NCBI GenBank assembly: GCA_001244265.2
Contig: CDLV01000005.1
Location: 868,001-932,000 of the forward strand
DNA from: Microbotryum violaceum
Lineage: Eukaryota
Direction of reading: 5' to 3'
DNA length: 64,000 nucleotides
Shown here: one piece after another, positions 48,333 to 61,587 of the stretch
How positions within the stretch are numbered: the first letter of the stretch is position 1
How the letters are laid out: each line of letters begins with the position of its first letter
Position numbers and translations under genes: made by a program
Notes under the pieces: generated by a model
The model's database searches: none
Seen by the model: the letters and a program-made list of their open reading frames with translations, nothing else
Told to the model about the DNA's origin: nothing

Positions 48333-51300
48333 ATGTTGGATCAGATATACGGTCGACCGAGTTCGAACTGGAAACGATCCCAGGTACGCCGAGGCTACCT
48401 CACGGCCGCGGGCTCGATCGGCGACCCCACAGCACTCACGCCCGAGCCTGCCAGGACGAGTTTGGCGGGAGGAGTTGGTGAAATATGTTTGCTGACCATC
48501 TCCGGTTGACCACACTGCCCTCCACAGGTCTTCCTCGTCCTACTCTTCTGGATCTCTCGGATCCGTTCAGGCAATCGTCATGGACCTCGCTCGATCCCAA
48601 TCTTACGCAGACTCAACCTGTACCTCACGCGCTTCACGCCATGGCAACTCGTCGTTTCGACCCTGACGCTCGTGTACGCGATCAAGAACTCGGATGCGAT
48701 TTTGGGGCTTCAGGCGCCTGAGCCTTTGGCGAGGTTGTACTCGCGGGAGTACTACAGGTCAGTCGGAGGGCACGGCGCGCCGTCGTGGTTCGGAAAGGTG
48801 GTGGGTGGGTACGAAGCTGACGCTCGGTCGCATACCTCCTCCGGCTCGAGCTCAACAGGGCAACTTGGATCGTCACCGCTTTGGATGCAGGTTTTGCGAC
48901 GGCCATGACGATAAGGTGGAAAAAGCTACGCGACATCGCATCACTCGCCTTCTCGTTGTACTACCTCATCTTCCCCAATGAAGCCGACGAAAAGGTGAAT
49001 AAGCTTTTCTTTTCCGGCCTGCCTTTCGAATCTTTTACAGCCTGTTGACCGCTCTTATCCTCTATACAGCTGCGACGATATCGAGCCGTATGCACAGTCG
49101 AGATGCTACGCGCGACATGGGAGAAGACGAGCAACCCCTACATCCGCTTCGCGACACAAAAGGATCGGCCCCAAGTCGGCGTTCATCGAAAAATATTGTT
49201 GCCAAGACCGGCTGGGTCGTCGTACGAGTCAGTTGTGACCCGTTCTCCTGCGGATGACTCTGACCCTACTGACGCTCAATTTGTGTGACTGGGACCTGCA
49301 GCAAACCGATAGTGGCGTGGATCTTGTTCAATGGCACGGATGAGGAGTTGGCCGAGCAGACCGAGCTGATCTTTGACGTGCCGGGCGGGGGTTTCATTTG
49401 CATGGATCCGACGCATCACGAAGAGCGAACGCTGCGGTGGACGATTAGGACGGGAAAACCCGTGTTGGGCTTGGATTACGGCAAGGTGAGTTAGGCGCCA
49501 TCGCACCAACCGCTGTGAAGCCGCTGATCGTGGTAGACACCATTCTCGCAGGCCCCTGAATACCCGTTCCCTTACGCCATCGATGAAACTTATGACGTCT
49601 ACAAGGTTTTGCACGAGAGTAAAGGGAAATGTATTGGGATGAAGGGAACCAAACTAGGCATTGTCATGACCGGTGACTCGGCGTGAGTAGCCTGTCAAGT
49701 CGGGTAGAGCACTTCCTCCGAGCTGATGTCGGTGATATCCCTTTGGACTCCAGCGGCGCCAACATCGCTACGGCCATGGTGATTAAGATCCTCGAAACTC
49801 GACCCCGCCTTCCCCTCCCAGTCTCACTCGTCTTTGCCTACGCCGCTCTCTCCTTCCACTTCACCTCGTGGATGCCATCCTCCGACGTCAAGGTCCTGCG
49901 CCAGCAGTCGGCGGGCAACATCGCCGATTTGCTTCGCGGCAAGGACCACCTCGATCGAAAATCTCCGTTGAGTGTGGTCGAAGATGTCGAGCGACCGACG
50001 CCGCGTAGGAGACGCTCGGCCGCTAGTCTCTGGGCTCGTCGACTGTCGGGAACGAGTCCTGCTAGGCTTTTGGGGGCGGGTAGGGGGTTGTCGAAAGGGG
50101 ATGAAGGGGACGATGAGGAAGATGATGGCGACCAAGCCGAGGTCGAAGCGAAAGACAAGTCGCTCTCCGACCGGGTCGTTTTCTGGAACGATGAGGCGAA
50201 GCAAGCCGAGTTGCAGGCCAAGGCGGACTCTCTGGGGAAGGAGGTGATTGAGAATGCCTATAAGGCTCCGATACAGACGAGATTGGCCATGACGAGTCGA
50301 ACGGCGTTCTTCAACGGTGAGCTCAATATGTTATCTTCCACCTGAACGGGCTTCATCTAATGCCTCTCTTCCGTGCTCAAAGATCGCATCATCTCGCCGT
50401 CAATGGTTAGTGCTCGCTGGCGACCCCCTGGTTGTGATCCAGATCAATTCTAATCTCATGGTGGCTTATCGAGTAGTGTCGAGCAATGGCGCTTTTGTAC
50501 ATTGGGCCCAACAATGCTCCTGACATGCATTCGGACTACCACATCTCCCCCATTTTCACCCCCGCCAACCTGCTTGCGCAATTCCCACCCGTTTACCTCT
50601 CGTGCGGCGAGCGCGATCCGTTCGTAGACGATGTGAGTCGTCACGTCGTCACGTCGCCACCACCTCAAATGAATTTAATTTGCGAGCTCGATCTGACCAC
50701 TTTCCCCTTCGAATGCCATAGACGGTCATCTTTGCTGGCAAGGTTCGAGAAGCAAAGGAGGCTCGGAAGCTGGAGCGGCTTGCTCGGGAGAATCGACACG
50801 GCGAATCCCTGCGCATGTCGGGCTCCTCTGCCCCTCGAGACCCATTGCTCGATCAAGATGAGGACGACTGGGCCAAAATGCAGATTCTAGGTGGATGGAG
50901 TCACGGTTATCTGCAGGTATGGGCGCGATTACCTCTCGGTCGCACGCCGAACAGACACTCATCAGATGTTGAATTTGCATAGATGATCGCTCTGCTCCCC
51001 GGAGCCGAGGAGGCCGTTAACATGCTCGCCGACTCGATCACCGAATCGTTCGAGAAGCAACGCGCCAGGGAAGCGGGTCATCCGATCCCTTCACCCGCCC
51101 TCGCCGCTACAGCTGCTCCACTCACCCGCCGACAGACTTCGCCTGTGCTTGCATCGACTCCGGCGCCGATGCACTACTCGCCGACGCCCATTCCTCAGCT
51201 CGAGGGCATGACCTCTGAATCCGATCGCGACGACCAAGACAACATGTTGTCCTTCACTCCGCGCAAAATTCGTTCTGCCTCGAGCTCGAACCCGCGATCA

Positions 51301-51698
51301 CGATCGGATTCACCCGCGTTTGGTTCACCGTCGAGGAACCCCGACGGATACGCTGCTCGCGTCCCTACTCCGAGGAGCGGGCTGGCTTCCAATTCGGACG
51401 AGACCGTCTCTTCCTTGCCTCGAACACCTGGAGATCATCCCGTAAGTGGCCTATCACCCCCGTGATCCTCGAATCGATCGGTGACGACGAACAAGGTCGG
51501 GCGACGGGCGTCAAAGAGGCTTCTTTGCCGATGCCGGTCAAGATGACGGCAGGCAAGACGAACCCATCGTTGTTGATTGACGCCAAGGATTTGCTGAGAA
51601 GGAGACGCGAAGAAGCCGTGTATGGGATTTCGTCGACGACCAACTCGAACGTACCTTCAGATGACGAGAGCTCGCCGAGGTCCGCATTGAGACAGTGA
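48333..51698 (+). CDS. Hormone-sensitive-lipase-like alpha/beta hydrolase, multi-exon (3' end has a frame problem at ~51460)
   Basis: MLDQIYGRPSSNWKRSQ/VFLV, oxyanion VPGGGF, DYGK/APEYPFP, nucleophile GDSA/G, GERDPFVDD and GWSHGYLQ/M. Confidence 0.88.
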
Positions 51699-52046
51699 GG
51701 CACGGCTCTCCGAGCACAAGAGCAGGCCGAGAAAGCGCTTCTGTTCAAGACGCTGCGCTGTATTAGGTCCTGTTGCTTTCCGGTGTAGGCCTTGTATGTA
51801 TGTATAGCGTGTGCAGCATTTTCTTCTGTTTGAAATCAGCATCTTTTCGGAAACGATCACGTACCGTCGAGGTATCGCGGCCTCGATCGCCAAGTAAATC
51901 AAAGTAGTCATGATCATGTAGATCAGCACCGGCCCAAGTTGATACCCGGCGCGAGCCGACTCGGACTTTTGTGCCCGGCATTTCGGCGAGCTCTCTTGGC
52001 ATCGGCATCTTTTGCTTAACCTTGTCGCAGGAAGCTGAAGCACTTG

Positions 52047-53282
52047 ATGGGATCTTTGACAGAAGTAAGCTCGACTCTTTCCCCAGCTAGCTGAATCGTT
52101 GACTGACCTATGTGCACCCCCGCCTTGCCCAGGCGATTCGAACGACGTTCGCTTACGAGCGCCAGGCCGGAACTCGAGTCTACAAGGGCAAGGTCGAGCA
52201 CTTTCTCATCGGTAACGCGCCCCATGGAGGTTACATCATCTCACTATGCACCAATGCGACGCAACAACACCAATCCTCGACTCCGCACCGTGATCCGGCG
52301 CATCTGGCGGCACAGTTCTTCTCGCCGTGTCAACCTGGCGCCGTCCAAGTCGAAGTCAAGACCCTGTCGGCTTCGAAGCGATGGACTCGACTCGACGTCT
52401 CGTTGATGCAATACTCGAGGACAGATGATGTCGCTTCATCGCCGGTGGAGCGTGTTCGATTGACGTACCTTTACACCGACCTGCCGCATCCCGCCGAGTG
52501 GGGCTCCAGCCCCAACGCCGACAACCTCTCTGTCCTTCCCTGGAGTGAATCACCCTTCGCTCGACCAACCCCGTTGGCACAACATCCCTCGGAACTCAGA
52601 GAAGCCAAAATGTACCCCTCGTTTCAATTCAGGGACGTGGTAAAGTGGTCCGAACTCGTCCTCATCGGTCCCGAAGATTCACCCGACCCTTCCGCGGCAC
52701 CGTTCCAAAGAATGCATTCGGCCTTCTACTGGTCCCAAGTACACGAGGAAGATGACGTGACCAAGAACGTCGAGCTCGTCTGCTTTTTTGCAGACATGTT
52801 CATGAACGGTCCCGAGTTGATACAGGGGGCTCATCAGGAGGTCGGACGCAAGTATTGGTTCCCGACGATGACCTTGTCGCTCGATTTCAAGGCCAAGTTT
52901 CCTCTCGTGGGAGTTCCAGGCGCGCCGAGTGGGTCTTCGCCTTCGAAGTCGACGGTGGGGATCTACTTTGCGACCAAGTCCATCTCGGAAGGGCGGCATG
53001 ACCAGACTGTAGAAGTGTGGACCAGTCCTGGAGGAATCGGGGAAGGCGATGCCAAATTGGGTGGACCTGAGTGGAGGCAGGAGGCTCAACTTTTGGCAGT
53101 GTCGACTCAGGTGAGCATGGTCTTCTCATCTCGCTCTCAACCACGATGCTCGAGCCCGAGTCTCAGTTCATAGTGTCTGACACGAACGTCCTCCCAAACC
53201 TTCACAGCTCGCTCTGGTGATTCCATATAGTGTGAACGAGAAGATCGCAAACAGGGAGGATGATAAGAGTAGCAAGCTCTGA
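52047..53282 (+). CDS. Double hotdog thioesterase-like protein with PTS1 (-SKL)
   Basis: MGSLTE/AIRTT, IGNAPHGGY, HRDPAHLAAQF, FFADMF, WFPTMTLSLDFK, EGRHDQTVEVW and LAVSTQ/LALV...SSKL*. Confidence 0.85.
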
Positions 53283-53544
53283 GTACTCTCGGCTTTGGAC
53301 TGTAGACTAGGAAGAGTTGACTGGACCTTATATTGTCTCTAAAGCGGAGTAAAGAGGTGCTGCAACTGCATCTGGTGATTAGTGTCGATGGTCAGGAAGT
53401 GGGACGCTGCTGTTCTCTGGGGTGCTTGGTCTGCACCAAGGTTCCCTTCCAGAGCGTCATCGAGGCTCCTTCGGATGGGAATCTCAGATAGAGCTTGTAC
53501 CGCATGTGTACGTGTGAACAATAAACGTGAATTTTGATGCGCTT

Positions 53545-54412
53545 CTATGCACTAGGGTCTTGCACGACGATCTATTGCGAGAGAATGGGGAAAAGCTTGA
53601 TGCGTTAGCGACATCTGAGGAACGTGAAAGGAGGAAGAGGTACGCACCAAAATGAATTCCGGATCTGTGGTAGGAAAATGAAAAAAAAAAAAAGTGAGGT
53701 ATGGTCAGCTCGAGCTTTGAGACGGCGATGGAGGTGAGGCAGAATGAATGAAGCTGACGGACCCGGGGTGACCATGATTTCGTGTTTCTGCGTCCGTACG
53801 CGCAAGAATCTCAGATTGTCCTGTGGTCGAGGATCAATTCGACAAAAAACTGATGGTCAACACAAGCTCTCTACGAACGAAAGAGCACTCAACCGTTGCG
53901 ACGACTCCTCACATCGTGATCGACGGCTTTGACTTCCTCGGCGACGTTTTCGACCAGATTGTGGCCGAGCCGAGCATAGCTAAGCGCGAGTTGATCGTTG
54001 GTGCTGTGCGTCTCTTCTTCTCCTGTACTTGCTTCCGAAGGTTGGGATGCGTCTTTCCCACTTGTATCGGCTGCGTTCGAGGTTATTGTGGAAGGTCCGG
54101 CAGAAGAGGTGGACGAGGTAGAGGTAGGGAAGAGGGGTCCTGCGGTCCTGAGGATGATACCTAATGGCCGGCGCAAGATCATTACACCCTTGACATCTGC
54201 ACGGAAGCCACGAAGGTGAGTTGAGCGATCCTCATCTTATGGAGACCGGGCAGAGCTTACTCTTGTTGGCTGTGAGGCGAGATAGGGTCGCATCGACTTG
54301 AGGAGGTACTTGCGTAGACGACGACTGCCGGCAAAGGGGAAAAGCGGCATCGACGGGCTCAATCGGAGAGGTTCAGATATTTCAGATATACCGGGCAGCT
54401 CTGGCTCACCAT
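53545..54412 (-). CDS. Dynein light chain roadblock/LC7 (6 short exons; missed by the ORF track)
   Basis: M/SSTQVPPQVDATLSRLTANK/NVKGVMIL...GIILRT...YARLGHNLVE...VDHD/DNLRFLRVRTQKHEIMVTP/DPEFIL/IVVQDPSA*. Confidence 0.9.
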
Positions 54413-54794
54413 AATTGAACGATGGTCGTTCGAAGAGGCCAGGATGAAGTGGCATGTCAAGGAATGCGATTCGAGCGCGCGATCACGTGGTTCGACGCGC
54501 CTGCCGCTACTCGCGCCTGCGCCGGCGATTTGACGGGCGAAAGCGACCGACTACAACACGCGCTGCCGCTCTTTTGGCTTCCCCCACATGGGCGCTCGAG
54601 ACGCGCATCACGTTCGCAGCAAGTCGGGGCAGAGCACACGGAAAAGGACGCCAAGGAGAAACGGAGAAACATCACGTAGGCGGATGGCCGGCTTAGGAAG
54701 CAGTACAGACTCGCCGGACGAGGCAGCACCGCGAGGCGCACGTCCACGAAGCAACCCACGCTCCTCTCAGCAGTCTCGGAGCTGCAGCTTCAGC

Positions 54795-57700
54795 ATGGAC
54801 CCATCCGGATGGGGCCTGTCGCAATCTCAGTCCAGCACATCTCCTCGAAAACGCAGTCGAGGTGTCTCTAGACCGTCCACGCATTCCAAGTTCGTTATCG
54901 TCGGCGACAACAGCTCCGACGAAGACGACGACGACGATTCGGGCGACGACGACCGGCACGAGCGAAATCGCGCTCGACGAGGCTCAAAAGCTGATTCGTA
55001 CAACCAGGGATCCTCGCAAACTTCACCTCATCGTAGAGGCACGAGAAGGACCCAGCATGGAATGAACCGGTCAGTACTAATCTGATCCTTTGCGCAGGGG
55101 ATCACAATTTGCACACGATTTTCGCTCCTGACCTAACGTGAATCCTTAGACCAATCGAGCCTGGCAAGCGCATCGAGGTGACGCTCATAGAAGCTAAATT
55201 AGACGCAAGTCACTTGCCAGCATCGATCGCCGACGAATGTGCCTCCTTCCAGCTCCCTCTCGAGTGCAAACTCTTGCTCGAGCCTTCGGATCCGACACCG
55301 GCTCGGCGCAAAAAATTGCTCCGGTTCCAGCGTCGGCCGATGCAAGATCAGATTGAGACCGACTCTGCGACCGAGCTAGACTGTGTTCATGTACTACCGG
55401 TACAATGTCGATTTGCGCATATCGCTTTTGAAAAACGTTGGCCGCACTCGATTGCAAGACTCGCCTTCGATCTGGCCGGATCACAGTTCTCGCTCGACCT
55501 CTTCGACCCCGTCAAGGATGCTTGGCGCGCTTCGAGCGAATTGGTTCTTGCATCCGAAACCGATGGTGCTTGGATCCAAGTGGCGTGGCGCGTCATGGAC
55601 CTTGCTTCCGACTCAAATGAGGAGACAAAGCCAAGAGTCACAGATGGTCAGCTGCGGGAACGACTCGAAAGTGAATTGACCGCGGCGCACATCGAGCTCC
55701 GCCGCGAGATCGCCCGACGCCATCTTCAGCTTGCTCGTGTGGATAATGATCAAGCTTCTTTACGGCGCACGAGTGGACCCTGCTCGGATTTCGAGCCGCC
55801 GCCTGGAGCGAACTTCAAGAAGGCCAAGCCGATCCCGCTGAGCAAGTTCATCTACGGTCCCCCACCGCCGTTCACGCACACGAGCTTCCTCTCCCACGCT
55901 ATGCCGACGGATCTACCTCCTTTCGAGGTCATACCACCCTGGAATTGTATGGCTCGACCGTCGGCTGATTTGACCGAGAAGGAGGTCGACCAACTTATTG
56001 CCGAGGTCATCGCGGAATATGCGAGAGCGAGACCGGACGAAGATTGTGAGCGCGTGCACATGGAGAACTGGGTCAAGGCGTCGATCTTCAACGAGAACAG
56101 CTTCGAGAGGGTAGACACCATGAGTGAGTGTCTGACCGATCATGTGACCCTGTTCCGAGTCGATGATACCAGCCGACGAACGATGTTCAAAATACCCTCC
56201 TAGGGCTTCGACGAGATTTTCAGGCGTTGAAAGGTGTGATGCAAGAGTTTGGCCGCGAAGCCGATGAGGTTCCTGGATCGGAGGACGTTCTTTACAATCG
56301 TCGCTTTCGTGCCCAAGGGGACCCCAAAGTCGGTCCCAAGTTGGCTCAGATCGTCGAGTTGTTCCAAGAGCGCTTGGGTATCACACCCTGGGAGCTGCAG
56401 TCGCAGTGAGTAGCTCTCTGACGTCTCCTTTGGTTGCTGTAGCTGACGCCTGAGCGGATGTTTGGCGACTGTTATTAGAGCTCAGTGTTTCACAACCGAT
56501 CAAATCATCCCCGAGTATGTATGGCTTCAGTGAACCGGGCTGGAGTCTCGCTGACAGGTGCTTTCATTCTGTGGTAGCCCACCGGTCTTGGAAATTTGCG
56601 AGCTATGCGGAGCGATCTGTTGTCGCGTTCATGAATGTAAACCGACTCTTTTCTCTTCTCAATCAAGGATATGCTGTGGCCTCCTGGTTAAGCGCCCATA
56701 CCGTTCTCATTGTTTGCAGGGTTTTTGGAGGCTCCCAACGTCCCGACCGCACGTAGCGCCAGGCCTCCGCTCGCGCCGGCGGAGGACGCACAGGGTAGTG
56801 ACTGCGGGACCCACTGTCACAAACGGTCCGAAAATATCGAGCAGGTGAGGAACAGCTAGATGTCTCGTTGCTGCTCACCTTCAATGCTCGTGCTGACCCA
56901 AGCGGTTCGTCAACAGGTGGAGCGCTATCACCTCAACGACACCACCGCTAGGGACCTTGCGACCTTCAAGCGCTTCCTCGATGAACAACCCAAGGTCCCT
57001 TCGTGCATCCTCGCCAGTATCACCAAGAGGAACTGCTTCGAAGTCGAAAGCATACGTCGTCAACTCGGGCGGACCAATGATCCGTTCGAGGCCGAGGCCG
57101 AGCCCGAGGTCGAGCCAGTCCGACAGCCACTCAGGCGGCTGAAAGGAAAACCTCTACCCGTGGGTAACACCCGAGGCTACGAGCCGTGTGGGTGCGATGG
57201 GCCCTGTCAGGGAACGACCATGACCAATGCGACAATTCCTGGAAGTGGAAGGACAACGGCGAAGAATGATAGGACAACTTGCGAATGCGTCAAGTCGGGG
57301 ACGTGGTGCGATCGATTTTGCGGTTGTCACGAGCTATGTAAGTCCTCGGCGATGGCTGAGAGTGCGAGAACGTGGCATGGTTCTGAATGTTGATCAATAA
57401 TCTTGCAACCCGGCTCTTTACTCGATTGTTCATTTCAGGTGCTCGACGCTTCCCCGGCTGCCTTTGTCGCCTCTCGCCCACCTTCCTTCGATGCGCACGC
57501 GAGGACTGCGAATGTCTCAAAGAAAACCGCGAGTGCGATCCTCATCTATGTGCCAGATTCGATGGACCCGATGTAGCGAGCGGGACGAATGATCAGATTC
57601 GCTACAAGAAGCTCAAGCGCACGGCGATCGTACGCTCGACCCTGCCAGGGGCTGGCTTTGGGTCAGTGTCGTCGATTCGCTTGGCTCAGATTCGTGGAGA

Positions 57701-58344
57701 TATAGGCTGACGCGAATAATCCGTTTGATAATGACCAGCGTCAAAATGCTAGAGGATGCATCGGCAGGCGATTTGATTGGGATCTACGGAGGCGAGATGT
57801 TCGATGTCGAGGAGTCACCTGCGTTGATCCGACAGTACGTTTGCCGGCCCCTGTTTCTTTTCCGGCGTGTTGCTTACTGGCAGCTCTTCGATCCTTTGCT
57901 CACCCATCCATAGCCAACTTCAAGAAGGAGTTCGAGCAGGTTATTGGTTCGACATCGACACGTTGCATGTAATCGACCCACTCGCGTCCGGCAACCACAT
58001 GCGCTACATCAACGATTTGGGAACCTGGAACTGCGAAGCCAGATGTCCGCCGGATCGACAGGTTGTATCACCCAGATTTGAGCTACAAATCACTGATGTT
58101 TGATGCGTTGGTCTGGACAGGGGTTTACATCGACGGAACGCACCAGATGGGCTTTTACGCCCGGGCCGACCTCAAGAAAGGCGATGAAGTCTCGCTCGAT
58201 TACGGACCTACGTATTGGGGTAAAAATGGGGGCTTGCAGCAGAAGAAGACGGCTAGTGGGGTTAAGCAACATGAGGGGAAGGACAATGGAAAGGGTAAGG
58301 GCAAGGGCAAGGAGAGGCTTGATGTGCCCGAAGGAAATGCGTGA
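54795..58344 (+). CDS. Enhancer-of-zeste (EZH2/KMT6)-like CXC-SET protein, divergent
   Basis: MCSS-like ICELCGAICCRVH. CXC GYEPCGCDGPC...CECVKSGTWCDRFCGCHELC/ARRFPGCLC...CECLKENRECDPHLC. SET GAGFG...IGIYGGE...YWFDID..IDPLASGNHMRYIND..NC..GTHQMGFYA...EVSLDYG. Confidence 0.85.
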
Positions 58345-58908
58345 GGTGGTGTGACTCAATTTGATCGAAAAGGTTTTCCGGGAGGTCGGACGCAAGAGAG
58401 ATATCGGAGCTTCTTCCCAAGCTGCGACTCCGCTCACATCCTACAAGGAAAGGACAAGACGGAAGATGCAATTTACGATTAGACCGAAGAGGGTCCGATA
58501 ACAAGTCCGTGGCCGAGTCTGTTGATCAGAGCGGGTCGTGGCAATCCATGCCCCGAGAACTGCATGCTTGGAGCAAGTTGGTGGTCCGGGAGCCACCCCG
58601 AACATCAGCAATCTCCATGTGTCTAAATAACAGTGAGACAATGCGCATCATTATGTTCTGCTCGTGCCTTTTTCAGATGCGCCGAGTCCACTAGCTAACA
58701 AAGAGCGGGAAGGTTGGGACTGGAGTCGTTGACAAGATGTGCGCGGCCAGTTCAGGGGCAGGGTGGCGTGGCGCGCGAGGTGACGGGGCTTGGCTGGCCC
58801 GCGGAACGTCCGGAGCGCGATCTAGCGCGATTAGGGCTGCGAGCGCCAACTGCCCTGCGAGACGCTTTCACTCGGCACTTCCTAGTCCGAGGTCGCTGTA
58901 TACCAACC

Positions 58909-61587
58909 ATGTCAGTACCTCTCTTTTTGGTACTGAGGCCGAAAACAGTATTTTCTTCCTGCTGACGCTGCTCTCGACGTCTCTACATCTGCCCATCTGC
59001 CCATCTGCCCATCTGCCCCCCTGTGCATCTCTCCCCACGCCTGGCGGTTGCTCCCCCTCAACCGACCGGACCTTGGATCTGGCCCTATCCGTACAGGCCC
59101 GCCCCTTCTTTCGACGCCAATGCTGGTGTCAAGATCACCAGCCGCCCCGCGATCGCCAACGCGCCGTTCCCGATCGAGTCCAATGGCAGTTTCTCCAACC
59201 TGACCCTCGCGGCGATCGTGCTGTTCGCGCCCTATCTCGTCGCGCGCTGGGTCCCCTTGCTGCCGACCAAATGGTCCTACTACCTCCTGTTCCTCCCCGT
59301 CGGGCTCGCGTCCGTGCTTGGCTACTGGATGCTCATGAGTCGTATCGGCGATAAGAAGCGCGATTATGGCACCCGTTTGCCCGGCAAGCCGCTCGAGTAC
59401 TACGTCGAGATTAAGGATGCCAAGTTGGCCCAAAAATACTCTGGGGGCAGGGCCAAGATCCCCGTTCAGACCTTTTACGACGCCTACTTTGCTGGAAAAA
59501 TCGACCTCAAGGGTCAGTTCATCGCGACGCTTGCAGGGGAAACCTTATCTTGATCGACCGAGGAAAATCGTGGTACTGACGTGGCCGTAAAATTGATGCA
59601 TTCGATGCTGCAGGTGACATGCTCGAATTGCTCGAGCAGCGCCATGACTGGGCCTCGTTCGAGTTCACGTGGGACTTGTTGAAATACGTCTTGACCGTGC
59701 TCATCCCCGATGTCGTCTGGCACTCACCTTCCCAAGACGAGGAGCAAGTTCGCGACCACTACGACCGAGGAGATGACTTCTGTGAGCATACAGTGTCTGA
59801 ATGATGTGCAGACGAGTTCCAAAAGGAAGCTGACACGACGATTCGTGTCGCGCCGTATTCCCCACCGGCCCACAGACAGCTGGTGAGTACCCACTGTCCT
59901 TTCGCGATTTCAAGATCCAGGCCCATTGGCTGACACGCTGTACACGCTATCCATAGGTTCTTGGGACCCCGAATGATCTACACGTCCGGTGTCATTAACG
60001 ATATTGACCGCAAGGAGACGCTCGAGGAGCTGCAAGACAACAAACTCGCGCTCGTCTGCCATAAGCTCGAACTCAAGCCCACCGACACCCTTCTCGACAT
60101 TGGCTGCGGATGGGGCACACTCGTTACCTATGCGGCCAAGAACTTTGGCTGTGACGCCACGGGAGTCACACTCGGCAAGAACCAGACCAAATTCGGCAAC
60201 AAGCGCATCGCCGACAACGGCTGCCACGCCAGCCGCGCCCGCATTTTGTGCAAGGACTACCGCGAAATCGGCGTCGACAAGAAGTTCAGCAAGATCGTTT
60301 CGCTGGAGATGGCTGAGGTATGTTGCCCTGATGCCGAACTTGACTGGCGTATGCGGCACGCGCCCTCGTGCACCACAACAGAACCAGGGTTGCTGACGAT
60401 TGAGCCATCCTCAACGATACAGCACGTCGGCATCCGCAACTACAACTCCTTCTTGCGCCAAGTCTACAATTTGCTTGAGGATGACGGTATTCTCGTCTTC
60501 CAGGTTGCTGGTATCCGCCCCCATTGGCAATACGAGGATCTCATCTGGTCTGTCTAAGGTCGCGACATGGAATGGGCTCGCAGCCTTTTCGAATCGACGT
60601 ATTCGAGGGCCGAACCGGGTTGTAATTGCTGAGTATCCCACTGAGCACACACATGTATTACTTGCAGGGGTCTTTTCATGAACAAGTACGTTTTTCCCGG
60701 AGCCGACGCGTCGTGCGCCCTCAACTGGGTCATCGGTCGCCTCGAGGGTGCTGGCTTCGAAATAAAGTCGGTCGATGTACTCGGTGTCCACTGTGAGTCC
60801 TCCCCCTGATCTCGTCACGATACCCAAGTGAAGCTGTTTGAATTGAAGGGTAACGATTGACCTTTTGACTCGTTTAGACTCTGCGACTTTGCACCGCTGG
60901 TACGAGAACTGGATGCAGAACCGGGATGCCGTCACAGCCAAGTATGGCGACCGATGGTACCGAGTGAGTATTTTAATATCCGTGTCCTCCGTGGTCTCCG
61001 TGCCACTTTGGAGGATATCATAAAGTCAATCATAAAGTCAGTTGCCGGGCTACTGACACTGGTCTTGTGGTTCGCGCGCAGATTTGGCTGTATTTCCTGG
61101 CGTCCGCGGTGATCACGTCTCGGTACGGCCCGTCTTGCCGACCCAGCTTCCTCGGATTTTCCGCTGACCCAAACTCCCCTTGTTTCTCCTTGGGTAACGC
61201 ATTCTATTTCGATCCCGCAGCCAAGGAGGAGCTTCGGTCTTCCAGATCAGCGCACACAAAAACCTTAACTCTTATCACCGTGTCGAGGTACGCACCATTT
61301 CCCCAGGTTCTGACTTCGCACTCTCCCCGCGGGAATCGCCCCCGTCCCCGGATATTAGGGCTGGCTGGCTGACCATCTCTCGTCTCTGCCACGTCGCTAC
61401 CGCCTCTACCCACGTGACTCCCGAATCACAGGCTATCCCTTCGCACACGTCGTTGTTCTTTAAGCCCGCCAAGGAGCCTTCGTGAGTGCACCGACATTCG
61501 CATGTGGTCGGCTCGATCACTGGCTGACCTCGAGTCCCGTTGTTCCTGCGCCCCCTCCGCCCTCATCATCGCAGGCTTGTCGACTAA
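58909..61587 (+). CDS. Sphingolipid C9-methyltransferase (CFA synthase family), multi-exon
   Basis: APFPIESNGSFSN, two TM segments, HSPSQDEEQVRDHYDRGDDF/YSW/FLGPRMIYTSG, LDIGCGWG, SLEMAE/HVG, WQYEDLIW/GLFMNKYVFPGADAS. Confidence 0.92.
58987..59018. repeat. (ATCTGCCC)4 tandem repeat in the first intron of the C9-methyltransferase gene
   Basis: Seen directly. Confidence 0.85.

Noticed and set aside
2856-58344. Possible functional cluster of chromatin genes (HDAC, CDCA7-like, GNAT, E(z))
   Set aside because: They are tens of kb apart and interspersed with unrelated housekeeping genes, consistent with ordinary gene order.
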